Shown here: piece after piece, positions 38,010 through 48,600 of the stretch
Layout of the letters: every line of letters begins with the position of its first letter
How positions within the stretch are numbered: position 1 is the first letter of the stretch
From: a virus
Length of the DNA stretch: 64,000 nucleotides
IMG/VR virus record: IMGVR_UViG_3300014839_000005
Location: 1-64,000 of that record
Reading direction: 5' to 3' (one strand)
Position numbers and translations under genes: made by a program
The notes under the pieces: model-generated
Database searches by the model: none
Told to the model about the DNA's origin: nothing
What the model saw: only the letters and a program-made list of their open reading frames with translations

Positions 38010-38387
38010 TTATGCCTCCTCTAATTCCTGGAAAGAACAATACACCGTTTTTCCATTTTCAAATCTAACGTGGAATGGTAATGCTGATCCTTCGTCAATC
38101 CCAACCACTTTTCCAATAGTCCCTGGCTCCACTTGGGGACGTTTAATAAGTGAATTGGGATTAAGACCTTTTTTATTTAATTTAACTTCAGTATTGATTG
38201 GATACTTTTGTTCAAATGCCAGGGAAATTCGTGTTACAATAGCCACTTCTCTGTTATATGGCTTATTGATTGTTACTTCAGTTAAATGGCTTAATCCCAA
38301 ACCTGTAATATAATCCCGTAAATGATCAGCCAATGTTTTGGCATCATCTTTTTTAGCCACTATCGCAATATTTATTGTGCGGTACAT
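38010..38387 (-). CDS. hypothetical protein, possible C-terminal SH3/KOW-like domain
   Basis: GTIGKVVGID...FHVRFENG. Confidence 0.5.
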   Translation of the reverse strand: MYRTINIAIVAKKDDAKTLADHLRDYITGLGLSHLTEVTINKPYNREVAIVTRISLAFEQKYPINTEVKLNKKGLNPNSLIKRPQVEPGTIGKVVGIDEGSALPFHVRFENGKTVYCSFQELEEA

Positions 38388-38460
38388 AGGTAGGTCCTTA
38401 ATGGTGGCAAGGTGGGAGAAAAAAGGGAGAGGGCGAACTCTCCCTTAGGTTTGTTTATAG

Positions 38461-38859
38461 TTACTTACGAAATTGCATTCTTTTCAGTTTATCCAGCGCC
38501 CAGCGCTTATTCACATTTTTATTATATTGATTGAGAACTACCACATCAGTCCAGTTGACTATCTGACTGACTATTTCAGTATTTCTCAATGCTGAATACA
38601 TAGAGGATATGATAGATGCCGCTCTGCACAGTCTTATTTCATTCTCAACTTTCGGAGCGAATGCAGCCGTGACTGAGATAAATGGATTTGTAGGAAACTC
38701 CATTACATATTCATCGGGCCTTACTTTTCTGATGATAACCGATACAGTCTTCTTCTTCAGTAAGGGTCCATGCTGTTTATATATCTCAATTACATTATCT
38801 GTCATCCTCACAAGCCAACCATGGAGGCCGACCTGTTCTGAAAATTTCTTGAAATCCAT
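38461..38859 (-). CDS. hypothetical protein
   Basis: 132-aa ORF tiling the operon. Confidence 0.55.
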   Translation of the reverse strand: MDFKKFSEQVGLHGWLVRMTDNVIEIYKQHGPLLKKKTVSVIIRKVRPDEYVMEFPTNPFISVTAAFAPKVENEIRLCRAASIISSMYSALRNTEIVSQIVNWTDVVVLNQYNKNVNKRWALDKLKRMQFRK

Positions 38860-38874
38860 TGTCTTTTCTTTCTG

Positions 38875-39471
38875 CTAGGTTGATACTTTTTGTCGAACCT
38901 CCAATCCTTTTTCAGGACTGACGACTTCGACAATATCTACGGTAGGGATTTGATTCATAAACGTTGCAAATTTCTTCAACACCACTATCGTTTTTTTGGA
39001 CAATCCCTTTGTGGGAAATGTCGTCATTTTAAGCATCATTACATTGTTTGAGTGGCGCTTATATTGTCTCACCGCTCTTTCAGGCTGATTATCTGATGCA
39101 CTTTCGGGGATGTGCTTCAGATTAGCTTTGATATTTGATAACGACTTAACATGTCGCGCATTTTTTATTTTTAGCACTTTTGCAACATCCATTGCGGTCA
39201 TATCGGGGTGATCGGTAAACATCTGTTTTGCTTTGATCTGAAATTTAGCAGACAGATTTGATACCGTACTCACACGGAATGGAGATATTTTTTCTGAATG
39301 ATGATGAGTCTTAATAAAATATCCCCTTAACGCTCCCAATGATTTAAGTTGTACGTCACTGAAGGACTTTCCAAGTTTAGCTTCAATTTGTTTGGGTAAT
39401 AAACTTGGATCCCTCGAAAGCATTTCTTTTATTTTTATTCTGAGTGGATTAGGTAGGTGATAATGACTCAT
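38875..39471 (-). CDS. basic protein with two HTH-like repeats
   Basis: KEMLSRDPSLLPKQIEAKLG / KQMFTDHPDMTAMDVAKVLK, each followed by KSL. Confidence 0.5.
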   Translation of the reverse strand: MSHYHLPNPLRIKIKEMLSRDPSLLPKQIEAKLGKSFSDVQLKSLGALRGYFIKTHHHSEKISPFRVSTVSNLSAKFQIKAKQMFTDHPDMTAMDVAKVLKIKNARHVKSLSNIKANLKHIPESASDNQPERAVRQYKRHSNNVMMLKMTTFPTKGLSKKTIVVLKKFATFMNQIPTVDIVEVVSPEKGLEVRQKVST

Positions 39472-39679
39472 TTATTACCCTTTCTTTTTGTTTAACTCTT
39501 CTTTTTTATCCATCAATCTTTTTAGTTCTTTGGCGCTGCCGCCCCTTGCCTGGACTTTTTTAATTTTTTCATCAATGCTTAACGCATCATGCTTTGCCTG
39601 GCGAATGGCGGCTTGTTCTCTTCTCGCCTGTTTCGTCGATGGCATTTATGCACCTCCACAGGTTGAATTTATCGAAAAA

Positions 39680-40078
39680 TTATGTTGATTTCAGCTCTTT
39701 AGGTTTTTTTCTGAGGATTTTAAATAGACTTGAAGCTGTTTCCGACATGTTCGTCTTTTCGATTGCTGCAGCAATCAGCACTTCCGTTGGCATTGATTCA
39801 TGACCCACAAACATGTAATATGCCAAATTTTGAACAAACAGAATCTGTTTTTCTTCATCGAATTCAGGTGAAAAGAAAACAAACTTTTCACTTACGGCCC
39901 GTCCTGCCGCCTTGGTTCTTCCAGTTTCTTTGCAGAAGGCATCGAATTCTTCATGGCACTTGCACACGCCCCATCGAAGTCTCCCCTTATCAGGTTCTTC
40001 TATCATCGCAAAGGTACATCCACCTTTTGCCAATAATAGCCCAGCATTGTCGTGTTGTCGAACATGAAAGTATTGCAC
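39680..40078 (-). CDS. hypothetical protein
   Basis: C...D.FCKETGRTKA.GR pattern; GGAG SD. Confidence 0.6.
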   Translation of the reverse strand: MQYFHVRQHDNAGLLLAKGGCTFAMIEEPDKGRLRWGVCKCHEEFDAFCKETGRTKAAGRAVSEKFVFFSPEFDEEKQILFVQNLAYYMFVGHESMPTEVLIAAAIEKTNMSETASSLFKILRKKPKELKST

Positions 40079-40138
40079 TTTAGCTCCTTTGTTTAAGTAA
40101 ACAAATAATGGAGTCAGAACTATTCTGACTCCATTATT

Positions 40139-40166
40139 GTTATTCCGTTAAATTAGGCAAAATAAC
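40139..40166 (-). promoter_or_regulatory. GTTAT-N18-ATAAC copy with AATAAT
   Basis: exact spacing. Confidence 0.7.
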
Positions 40167-40167
40167 T

Positions 40168-41358
40168 TTACTTCCCTCTCATTCCCGCATCAAGTGCAAT
40201 ACCTTTTGCGGTTTGTGCTATAAGTAAATTAATCAATTCATTTGCTCCATTGTTATAGCCTTTTCCTTCTCCTCCCATTACAATAGAAGGAACCCAAGCT
40301 CCTGGATATTTTGCAATTGCGTCGGCATATTTTTCATTCACATATTTCCATGCTTCAAGTTTAACATCAAGAGCGCCGTTTGCATTCATAACCAGTTTCT
40401 TACGTTCTGCCTCTCCCTCTCCAAGAAGGATTTGTTCCCTTTTGGTTTGTTCTGCAGCTTTTGCGGCAAGAGTGGCAACATCCAGTTTCTGCTGTGCTTC
40501 AGTAACGGCCTGAGCTTTAACAACCTCTTGTTTCCATTTTGCTTCAGCCGCATTAGCTTCTCCCTGCTTTGATACTGTAATCACATTTTGCTCAGCTCTT
40601 TTTGCTGAAGCTATAGCAGTTTGAACATCCATATTAATCTGCTGTTGCTGTTTGATCTGACCTTCAACAGCTTCATCGTATGGAAGACTGGTAATTGAAA
40701 AGTTAAAGGTGCGAATTCCATATTCTTTTAAAACAGGCTCTTCCTGCCTTGCTGGAATTCCATGTTCATCTTTAACAATATCGACTGTTGTGACAGTCTT
40801 TTCATTATTGGTAATAGGATCGGTTGTCTTAACATCTTTTTGCACTGTTTTATAAACACCATTTGATATTTGATCCTCAACATAGTTAAGCAGATAATTT
40901 CTTTTCTCTGCATAACTTTCTTTGGAACTCATAAGAGGGCCAGTCATATAAATACATTTATTGACTGTCATTCCCACTAATTGAGTTTCAACTGCTTCCC
41001 AACTTCCATATTTGATATGCATATTGGTAAGATGAGGAATATCTAACGGTATTTCTATCTGAACAGAACCATTCATAGTTCCGTGTCCACCATCGTTGAA
41101 ACGGACGGGTGTTTTGAATTCATAGGAACTACGCCGAGGATATTTGGTGACTTTCCCGAATCCTTGATATTTGATTCCCTGATTTGTAAACCAGGTCAGT
41201 TTTCCCTTAACAGGGCTTTGAATAACCATAACATGACTGGCATCAAGGTTCTCGAAAACGCTGCAACTTGCAATAAGCGCAACTAATGCAATGACGAGAA
41301 GTGCTATCAACTTGATGGCGCTAATCATTGCTTTTGTTGTCGGACTTTGTTCCTGCAT
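40168..41358 (-). CDS. SPFH / band 7 family membrane protein
   Basis: N-terminal TM, SPFH domain, Ala/Glu-rich coiled coil (AEAKWKQE, GEGEAE). Confidence 0.8.
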   Translation of the reverse strand: MQEQSPTTKAMISAIKLIALLVIALVALIASCSVFENLDASHVMVIQSPVKGKLTWFTNQGIKYQGFGKVTKYPRRSSYEFKTPVRFNDGGHGTMNGSVQIEIPLDIPHLTNMHIKYGSWEAVETQLVGMTVNKCIYMTGPLMSSKESYAEKRNYLLNYVEDQISNGVYKTVQKDVKTTDPITNNEKTVTTVDIVKDEHGIPARQEEPVLKEYGIRTFNFSITSLPYDEAVEGQIKQQQQINMDVQTAIASAKRAEQNVITVSKQGEANAAEAKWKQEVVKAQAVTEAQQKLDVATLAAKAAEQTKREQILLGEGEAERKKLVMNANGALDVKLEAWKYVNEKYADAIAKYPGAWVPSIVMGGEGKGYNNGANELINLLIAQTAKGIALDAGMRGK

Positions 41359-41369
41359 TTTTAACTCCT

Positions 41370-41585
41370 TTACTTTAAATGTTTTTTGGTTTTAGTAATT
41401 TGGTCGGTGAGATCTTTTTCAACTACTTGCTGTTTAACATCTTCCAATTTTGCGGATAAAACAGCCTCCTTCCTGAAAATTGGAAATATGGGAGTACCTC
41501 TCATAAAAGGGAAAATGATTTGAGTAATCAATATCGCAAGTATGAGAACGACAACGACAAATTCAAACATAAACACAACAATCAT
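41370..41585 (-). CDS. small membrane protein upstream of SPFH
   Basis: TM helix plus short coiled coil. Confidence 0.55.
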   Translation of the reverse strand: MIVVFMFEFVVVVLILAILITQIIFPFMRGTPIFPIFRKEAVLSAKLEDVKQQVVEKDLTDQITKTKKHLK

Positions 41586-42355
41586 AATATGTCCCTTTCA
41601 TTTATGGTAATATAATTTTGAATTTATAATTGGCTTTTTTAATCCTTTCCATTTGATTGAGTGCATCACATATGAATGTAGCGTTATCCATATCATGACC
41701 ATCGCATGTAGCGATTGTTTGTGGAACTAAATTATTTTTATTCTCCCATGGAGGCCCCCAAACTTTTTTTTCACTATCACGAATTAAAAGTTTACCATCT
41801 ATGGAGCGCTTAATTCTATATCTTGCACCTCCTGGCATACAACCTCCTGTTGGTTGCAATTCATTAATGTTATTTGACAAAACTCATTTTTTACTGATTC
41901 TTTTATTGTTTCAAGTAATTGAGCAAGAAGTAAGTCTTGTTTTTGTGATTCTGATAATGGTCCTATTGCCGGACAACTCATCCTTAAAAGTTCTTGTCTT
42001 CCTTCTTGCATTACGGATAAGACTTTAGCTGTTATTCCTATACCTGCCACACTCATTTATTTCTCCTTAATATTACTTTGTATAAGTTTTTGCATCGCAT
42101 CTTCCACTTCAATCATATTTTTATTTCCTGCATATCTAATTACTTGTTTATGTTTGAAGTGAAAGTTATTCTTACTGGCCGGCATAATGACTAATCCTCT
42201 TGGTCTCCATTTAAGCCAACTAATGATATAGTCAGCCTCTTGCGTCTTTCCGCAACTTCCTTTTCACTCTTTTTCATGAGCTTTTTCATGAGGCTTACGC
42301 AAGGAAACCACGGGGCTTGTCCCCGTGGAGGAATTGCGTCCTCCAATTAAATAGG

Positions 42356-42384
42356 TTGACTTTTCAAGGAAAATAGAGTATAAT
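42356..42384 (+). promoter_or_regulatory. sigma70-type promoter of tnpB (probably leaderless mRNA)
   Basis: TTGACT-N17-TATAAT; ATG 7 nt downstream, no SD. Confidence 0.7.
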
Positions 42385-42391
42385 TAATAAT

Positions 42392-43543
42392 ATGAAAGCT
42401 ATAAGAACCATCAAACTTAAATTCACTGGGAACCATAAGGCCGATCAAATCCTCCCAAATTGGCTTGATGCGTGTAATTGGCTCTCTAAAATAATCTATG
42501 AGCAAAAAGATACTAATTCTAATCGTCTTGCAAAAATCTATTATGGAACTGTAAGAGAAAAGTTTAATCTTCCCTCCCAGCTTACCTGTACTCTTTTTAG
42601 AACCGTTACTGCTTCTTATATGTCTCAAAAAACTCAGCATAAAAAATGGAGTCTCGCGGTTTTTAGTAAACCGGTAATACCTGTCATTTGGAAAAGAGAC
42701 TTTGCTCGATCCAAAAGAGGAGTCACTCTTTGGGCCAATAAAATTACATTTAATGATCCCAGACTTCTCCCAGAAAATTGGAAAGATTCTAAAATATCTC
42801 TTCGTGGTAAACAGTGGTTTTTTAATCTTTCCTATGAGATTGATATACCAGAACCTAAAACGCAAGGCGTTATTGTTGGGACGGATCAAGGTATCAAAAG
42901 ACTTTTTGTTGCTTCTGACTCGAATAATAATAAACTGTTTTACAAAGCTAATCATCTTAACAACAAACTTTCCAACATCAGAAGAACCAGAGCTAAAGTA
43001 CAAGCGGTTGGAACCAGATCGTCTCGACAACTCTTGAAGAGAATGTCGGGACACGAGGCTTCCGTAACTGAACATGCAGTGCATGTTGCTTCCAAGAGAC
43101 TTGTAAATTGGGCTGATTCTGTTGGTGCAAGAAAAATTGTTCTTGAGGATTTGTCTAACATACGAGAAGCCTCTAAGAGTAAAGGTAAAACTCTTAGAAG
43201 TAGGATTAACCGTTGGCCTTATGGAAATTTCACGTTTTGTGTTACTTATAAGGCTGCTTCCAAGGGTATTTCTGTGGAGGTTGTTTCTCCCAAGAATACT
43301 TCTCGTATGTGTCATAGATGCGGTCATATTGACAAATCCAACAGGGACGGTTTTTTGTTCAAATGCACGAGCTGCGGTTATACCGCAGACGCGGATTGGA
43401 ACGCCAGCAAAAATATTGCGGGACGTTCTATGTCTATCGGGTTGAACTCGATAGATATGGGGAGAAGTAAATCCCCCAGAAAACCGGGTACTATTGAGAT
43501 GGTGTTGCATAACTGCGATACCTGCTCGATGCCTGTTGTTTAA
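42392..43543 (+). CDS. tnpB: TnpB RNA-guided nuclease
   Basis: RuvC-I GTDQG, RuvC-II VLEDL, Zn finger CHRCG/CTSCG, RuvC-III DADWNASKNI. Confidence 0.92.
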   Translation: MKAIRTIKLKFTGNHKADQILPNWLDACNWLSKIIYEQKDTNSNRLAKIYYGTVREKFNLPSQLTCTLFRTVTASYMSQKTQHKKWSLAVFSKPVIPVIWKRDFARSKRGVTLWANKITFNDPRLLPENWKDSKISLRGKQWFFNLSYEIDIPEPKTQGVIVGTDQGIKRLFVASDSNNNKLFYKANHLNNKLSNIRRTRAKVQAVGTRSSRQLLKRMSGHEASVTEHAVHVASKRLVNWADSVGARKIVLEDLSNIREASKSKGKTLRSRINRWPYGNFTFCVTYKAASKGISVEVVSPKNTSRMCHRCGHIDKSNRDGFLFKCTSCGYTADADWNASKNIAGRSMSIGLNSIDMGRSKSPRKPGTIEMVLHNCDTCSMPVV

Positions 43544-43621
43544 AGCCACGCCCCTTGTGGGCGTGGTAGTTTACATCTGCTTAATCTTGTTGATTCAGTT
43601 TGCATTGCCGCTTCCCTTTTT

Positions 43622-44548
43622 TCAAGTTCCTTTTGATTCATTTTCATTTCCTTTCAGTAAATACGGTTTATTAGCCATCTCTCCAAGTGTTGGCCCTTTC
43701 CAGAATGGATATACCCACCGTCTTGGTTTTTTAGATTCTGTATTAGATAAGCGCGGCCACCAATGCCCTCTTACCACAAATCTTTTATCAATTTTTCTTC
43801 CGCCACTACTAAGAGATTGGTAGTCTTTAGGTGCTGATAATGTGATGAACTTTTGGTCATGAAATTGGCCAGTCTTTATATTCTTAACAGACCTGATTCC
43901 ATGTTTTTCAGTATCACCAAGTATGCGGGTTGGATCATTAATATATAAGACGGTATTGAAGAACAGATTGGCCATATTTTTTGTATCTTCAGCTTCCATT
44001 GGAAGTATTAGCGCTCCAGGTTTTCTAGTTGCTGCACTTTGTTCTATAGTTTCATCCTGTCGCATATGCATCATAATACTTTCAAGCCCATCTTCATTAT
44101 TAACGAAAAATCCTGTTAAAGATACATTCCAATCTGGTTTAGGGACTTCTTTTCCATTATCTCCAACCCAGTGTACGTTTGGATTATTAAGAAGAATTTT
44201 GTTATCAAGAAATAAGATTCCATTGACCTTTCTAGGAGTATGTTCTGCAAAGTTTGTTTCAAACAATGTATCGTGTCCTTCAATCATGAATACATCAAAA
44301 GGATAATGAAAATCTGCAGAAGTTAAAGACCATGGAATATCCGTGTTTTTAAAAGCCTCTATGAGATCGTTAGTAAGAATAAAGGTTTTTTCACCATTTT
44401 CTATCCATGTCATGATTTTAGTTCTCATTACAGATAGATTATAGATGATTTCTTTAAACATTGGATAACTTCCAGGTCTTAGAGTTTGTTTGTCCATTAT
44501 AGTTTTAATCGTATCGATTGTCTCATCAACTTTACGAAGATAATTCAC
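43622..44548 (-). CDS. conserved phage protein with C-terminal VRGHW...W..PFWKG motif
   Basis: FVVRGHWW...RRWVYPFWKGP. Confidence 0.6.
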   Translation of the reverse strand: MNYLRKVDETIDTIKTIMDKQTLRPGSYPMFKEIIYNLSVMRTKIMTWIENGEKTFILTNDLIEAFKNTDIPWSLTSADFHYPFDVFMIEGHDTLFETNFAEHTPRKVNGILFLDNKILLNNPNVHWVGDNGKEVPKPDWNVSLTGFFVNNEDGLESIMMHMRQDETIEQSAATRKPGALILPMEAEDTKNMANLFFNTVLYINDPTRILGDTEKHGIRSVKNIKTGQFHDQKFITLSAPKDYQSLSSGGRKIDKRFVVRGHWWPRLSNTESKKPRRWVYPFWKGPTLGEMANKPYLLKGNENESKGT

Positions 44549-45160
44549 TTATACCTTCTTTCTTTAAAAGTCTTCCCAATGTGTTTTATCAACAAATGGA
44601 TGGATAGAATATGAATATTCATTTATATCATGATAGACAACGCCCCATCCGAGACATATATCACAATTAGATGTATCTCCATATCCACGAGATAATCGAC
44701 GTTCTCCTCCACATTGCCAACACATATGTTTAACATGAAATATGAATTGAATAAAATGCCAAATTTTTTTTAACATTATTCCTCCAGTTTGAACAATTCC
44801 TTTACTTTCATATTTAAAAGTTCTTTTACTTCCTCTTCCGTCAATTTAATGGATCTTCCATAATCCAACGCCACATGAATAAATTTTCCCTGTGGCGATA
44901 TGTGTTTGCATTCTATTAATGCCAGTTCAAGGCATTTGAATGCAGCCAACATCCTGTCTCCATGTTCTATTTCATTCATAATTTCTTCCTTAAAATGTTA
45001 TTTTACATATTAGGAGGTATTAATCGAAGTTTATCATGATAATCTTTTTGGTGTTCTTTAATGAATATTTTGCATTCGAACTTGGTGGGTTTTGAGAAGA
45101 CTTCTTTTTTTCCCGCTTTTACTCTCCAATTATAGATGGCACTTCTTCCTCTACCACCTA

Positions 45161-45520
45161 TCATATTGGACGGCATTCTTTCCTCCTTTGTTTAAAGTAT
45201 AAACGTTTCCATTCTGTTCTATGCTCAGGACAAAATCTTGGATATAGTTTTTGTCTTGGATAAAGTCGAATAACAAAGATATATCCACAGCCCCTTAATG
45301 CGCATTTAAGAGACATATCTACAACATCAAATTCTTTTGATTCGATGATACGATTTAATTTAATGATATATTTTTTTGATTTCTTTTTAGGTTTGCGGTT
45401 TTTAATATCGCGGTGTTTCATACAGTACTTACTTATAGGATGGCCAAGATAGTCGTGATGACATTCATGGCATTCCATTATTCTTAATCTTTGTCTGTTT
45501 TTGTACCTTGGTAACATCAT
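45161..45520 (-). CDS. basic Cys/His-rich (Zn-finger) protein
   Basis: CHEC...YC..H; C...GC...FC..H. Confidence 0.55.
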   Translation of the reverse strand: MMLPRYKNRQRLRIMECHECHHDYLGHPISKYCMKHRDIKNRKPKKKSKKYIIKLNRIIESKEFDVVDMSLKCALRGCGYIFVIRLYPRQKLYPRFCPEHRTEWKRLYFKQRRKECRPI

Positions 45521-45559
45521 GGGCAGGACTCCTTAATTCAGTAAAACCATACCATTATA

Positions 45560-45587
45560 GTTATTCCGAAATTTAGTGAATAATAAC
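45560..45587 (-). promoter_or_regulatory. GTTAT-N18-ATAAC copy with TATAAT at the strand switch
   Basis: exact spacing; first promoter of the minus-strand block. Confidence 0.75.
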
Positions 45588-45660
45588 TAAAAAAAGTCAA
45601 GCTTTTATTTTTGCCACATTTTATGTATTTTCATTGTATACTATATTAATTAGGAGTTTT

Positions 45661-48600
45661 ATGGCTATACCATCCCACCAAGACATACTTAAGAAGCTCA
45701 GCGACTTAGACACTTCGACCAGATCCAACGTTCTGATGAATGAGACTATTAAGAATACGGTAGGAAAGATATTGTCCTCAGTAGAGAATCCTAATATAAA
45801 ATTGCAGGTCAATGACATATGGTATAAACAAAAATACGATAATGACGACATCGCTGCCCAACAATCTGTTAGAAATAAACATCAGAACTGGACTGACGAT
45901 ATCAGGGCTGATGTATCGTTAATTGATAAAGCCACTGGAAAAATCATTGATCGTAATAAAGATTTAAAGATAACTAGCGTCCCAAAATTAACTCCTCGCA
46001 ATACCTATCTCATCGGCGGTAACGAATATTCTTTCACTAAACAGAGCCGTTTAAAACCTGGTGTATATACTAGAAGGCAGGAAAATGGCGAAATTAGTTC
46101 GTTTTTTAATGTCGATAAAACTATCGATTTTGATCGTGGTTTCAATAATAATTTTAAGCTTAATTTCAATCCTGAGCGTAAGACATTTACTATGGGTTAT
46201 GGTTCAAAAAATATACCCTTATATAATGCTCTTAAAGCGGTAGATATAAAAGATGAAGATTTGATGGATAAATGGGGAAAAGATGTCGTAGAGGCAAATA
46301 GACAGGCTTATGAAAAACATGAGTTCAGGGACCAAGCAAAATTGTATGAAGCAATATTTGGTAAAGCCGCTCCTGATACTATGACTCACGATCAATTAAA
46401 AAAAGAAATTAAAGATAGGTTATTTGCGACAAAATTAAGTTCTGAAACTACAAAACTGACCCTTGGAAAAGAATATGATGGAGTGAATAAAGATGTCCTT
46501 TTAGATGCTTCTAAAAAGATTATTGATATTCATAAAGGTGAGACAGAGGGAGATGATAGAGAGTCATTGTTGTATAAATCGTTTTACGATATTGAAGATC
46601 ATGCAAGAGAAAATTTGGTTAAAAAAAGCAAGAATATTATTGGGAGTTTGATTTATAAATTAGATAAAACTAAGAACATTAATAAATCAATAAGCTCGGG
46701 ATTCTTTGACCCGTATGTGATTGGCACAATAACAAAGAATATGTTATCAAGTCCTCCCAGTCAAACAAATATTATGTCTATGATTGGGGACGGAAATAAA
46801 GTCACTGTTATGGGTGAGGGCGGTATTGGTAATGAAAATGCCGTTACTAACCAAACAAGACAATTATCCAACAGTGAAGCTGGATTTATTGATCCATTAC
46901 ATACTCCTGAAGGCGGAAATATTGGAGTTACAAATCATTTAACCATCGGCACAATTAAAGTCGGTAATGATATTTATAATTCATTTCTTAAACTTAATGG
47001 AGAAAAAGTTCTTTACCGCCCTGTTGATACCCACCCTTTAAATATTGCCTTCCCAGACCAATATGATTTATCCAGTAAAAAGCCTGAACCTCTTAGCAAT
47101 AAGATTAAAGTGTTAAATCATGGAAAATTTAAAGAAGTAAAGCCCGAAGAAGTTGATGCTATTATGGCAAGTCATGTCAACATGTTCGACCACTCAGCTA
47201 ATATGATTCCATTTCTTGATTCCATACAGCCTAATAGGGGATTAACAGCGTCAAAAATGCAGGAACAGGCCCTTACCCTTAAATTTAGAGATAAACCATT
47301 ATTTAATCTTATCAATGAAAAAGGTCAAAGTTTAAACGAAAATTTAGGTCGCGTATCTCCCACTCCACGATCTCCTGTAGATGGTGAAGTTGTGGCAATT
47401 AACCCGAATTTAATAACATTACAAGATAAGCGTGGAAATAAAGTAAAAGTACAATTATACAATAATTTTTCATTAAATGCTGAAGGCTTTATTCATAATG
47501 AGCCAGTAGTAAAAATTGGCGATAAGGTTACAAAAGATCAATTACTTGCTGATAATAATAATACTAAAAATGGTCAGATAGCATTAGGAGCTAATCTTAA
47601 AGTTGCTTACATGCCATACAAAGGCTACAATTATGAAGATTCCGCTATTATGTCTGAAAGCGCCGCAAAGAAATTAACATCTGAACACATCTATGATTTT
47701 AGCGCTAAGAAATCTGCAAACGGCCATTTTTCTAAAAACAAGTTTAGAGCATATTATCCTGAAATAATTAATACGAAACAAGCTGCAAAACTTGACTCTG
47801 ATGGTGTAATTCACCCAGGGCAGGAAGTCGACCATGGAGACGTACTGATAGCTCATCTTGAGCGAAAGGCCCCCACAGCTGATGACATAGCCCTAGGAAG
47901 GCTTGAGAAGCAACTTCGCAGAGATATGGCTAATAAGGCTGTTACTTGGGATAATGACCATAAAGGGGTCGTTACAAGCGTTGCTAAACATGGTAATACA
48001 GTTACTGTAAGTGTTAAAACTGAGGAACCTCTTAAAATTGCCGATAAAATATCGGGTTTACATGGTAATAAGCATATCATCTCCAAAATAATACCTGATC
48101 ATGAAATGCCATTTAATCCCAAAACTGGTGAGTATATGGATCTCACCATGAGCCCAATTGGTGTTTCCAATAGGATTAATACTTCTCAATTACTTGAAGC
48201 TGCTGCTGGTAAAATAGCTACTAAAACTGGAAAACAATATGAAGTAAGAAATTTTACTCAAAGTGACAATACTGAGAGAGTTTTAAATGATTTGAAAAAA
48301 AATGATTTATCAGATAAAGATATTTTAGTCGATCCGCAATCTGGTCAACCATTTAAAAATCCTATTATGAATGGTGTTTCTCATATATTAAAACTTGAAC
48401 ATAAAGTTGACCATAAATTCTCTGCAAGATATAGGGATGGACATGATTCTAATGAACAAGCCATTACTGGTGGAGAAGAGGGCGGTAAAAATCTTGGTAG
48501 AATGGAAGTAGGAGCTTTATTAGCTAGAGGCGCTACAGAAAATCTTAAAGAAATGTTTAATATTAAAGGCCAAAAGAATAATGAGTATTGGAAAGCCCTT

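Larger units (their letters stand above)
42299..43575 (+). mobile_element. IS200/IS605-family tnpB-only element, ends approximate
   Basis: left hairpin CCACGGGG-CTTGT-CCCCGTGG; right hairpin CCACGCCC-CTTGT-GGGCGTGG followed by TAGTTTACA; inserted against the local gene direction. Confidence 0.85.

Noticed and set aside
42347-43549. 400-aa minus-strand ORF
   Set aside because: Exact antisense shadow of tnpB, which has intact motifs and its own promoter; no recognisable domain.
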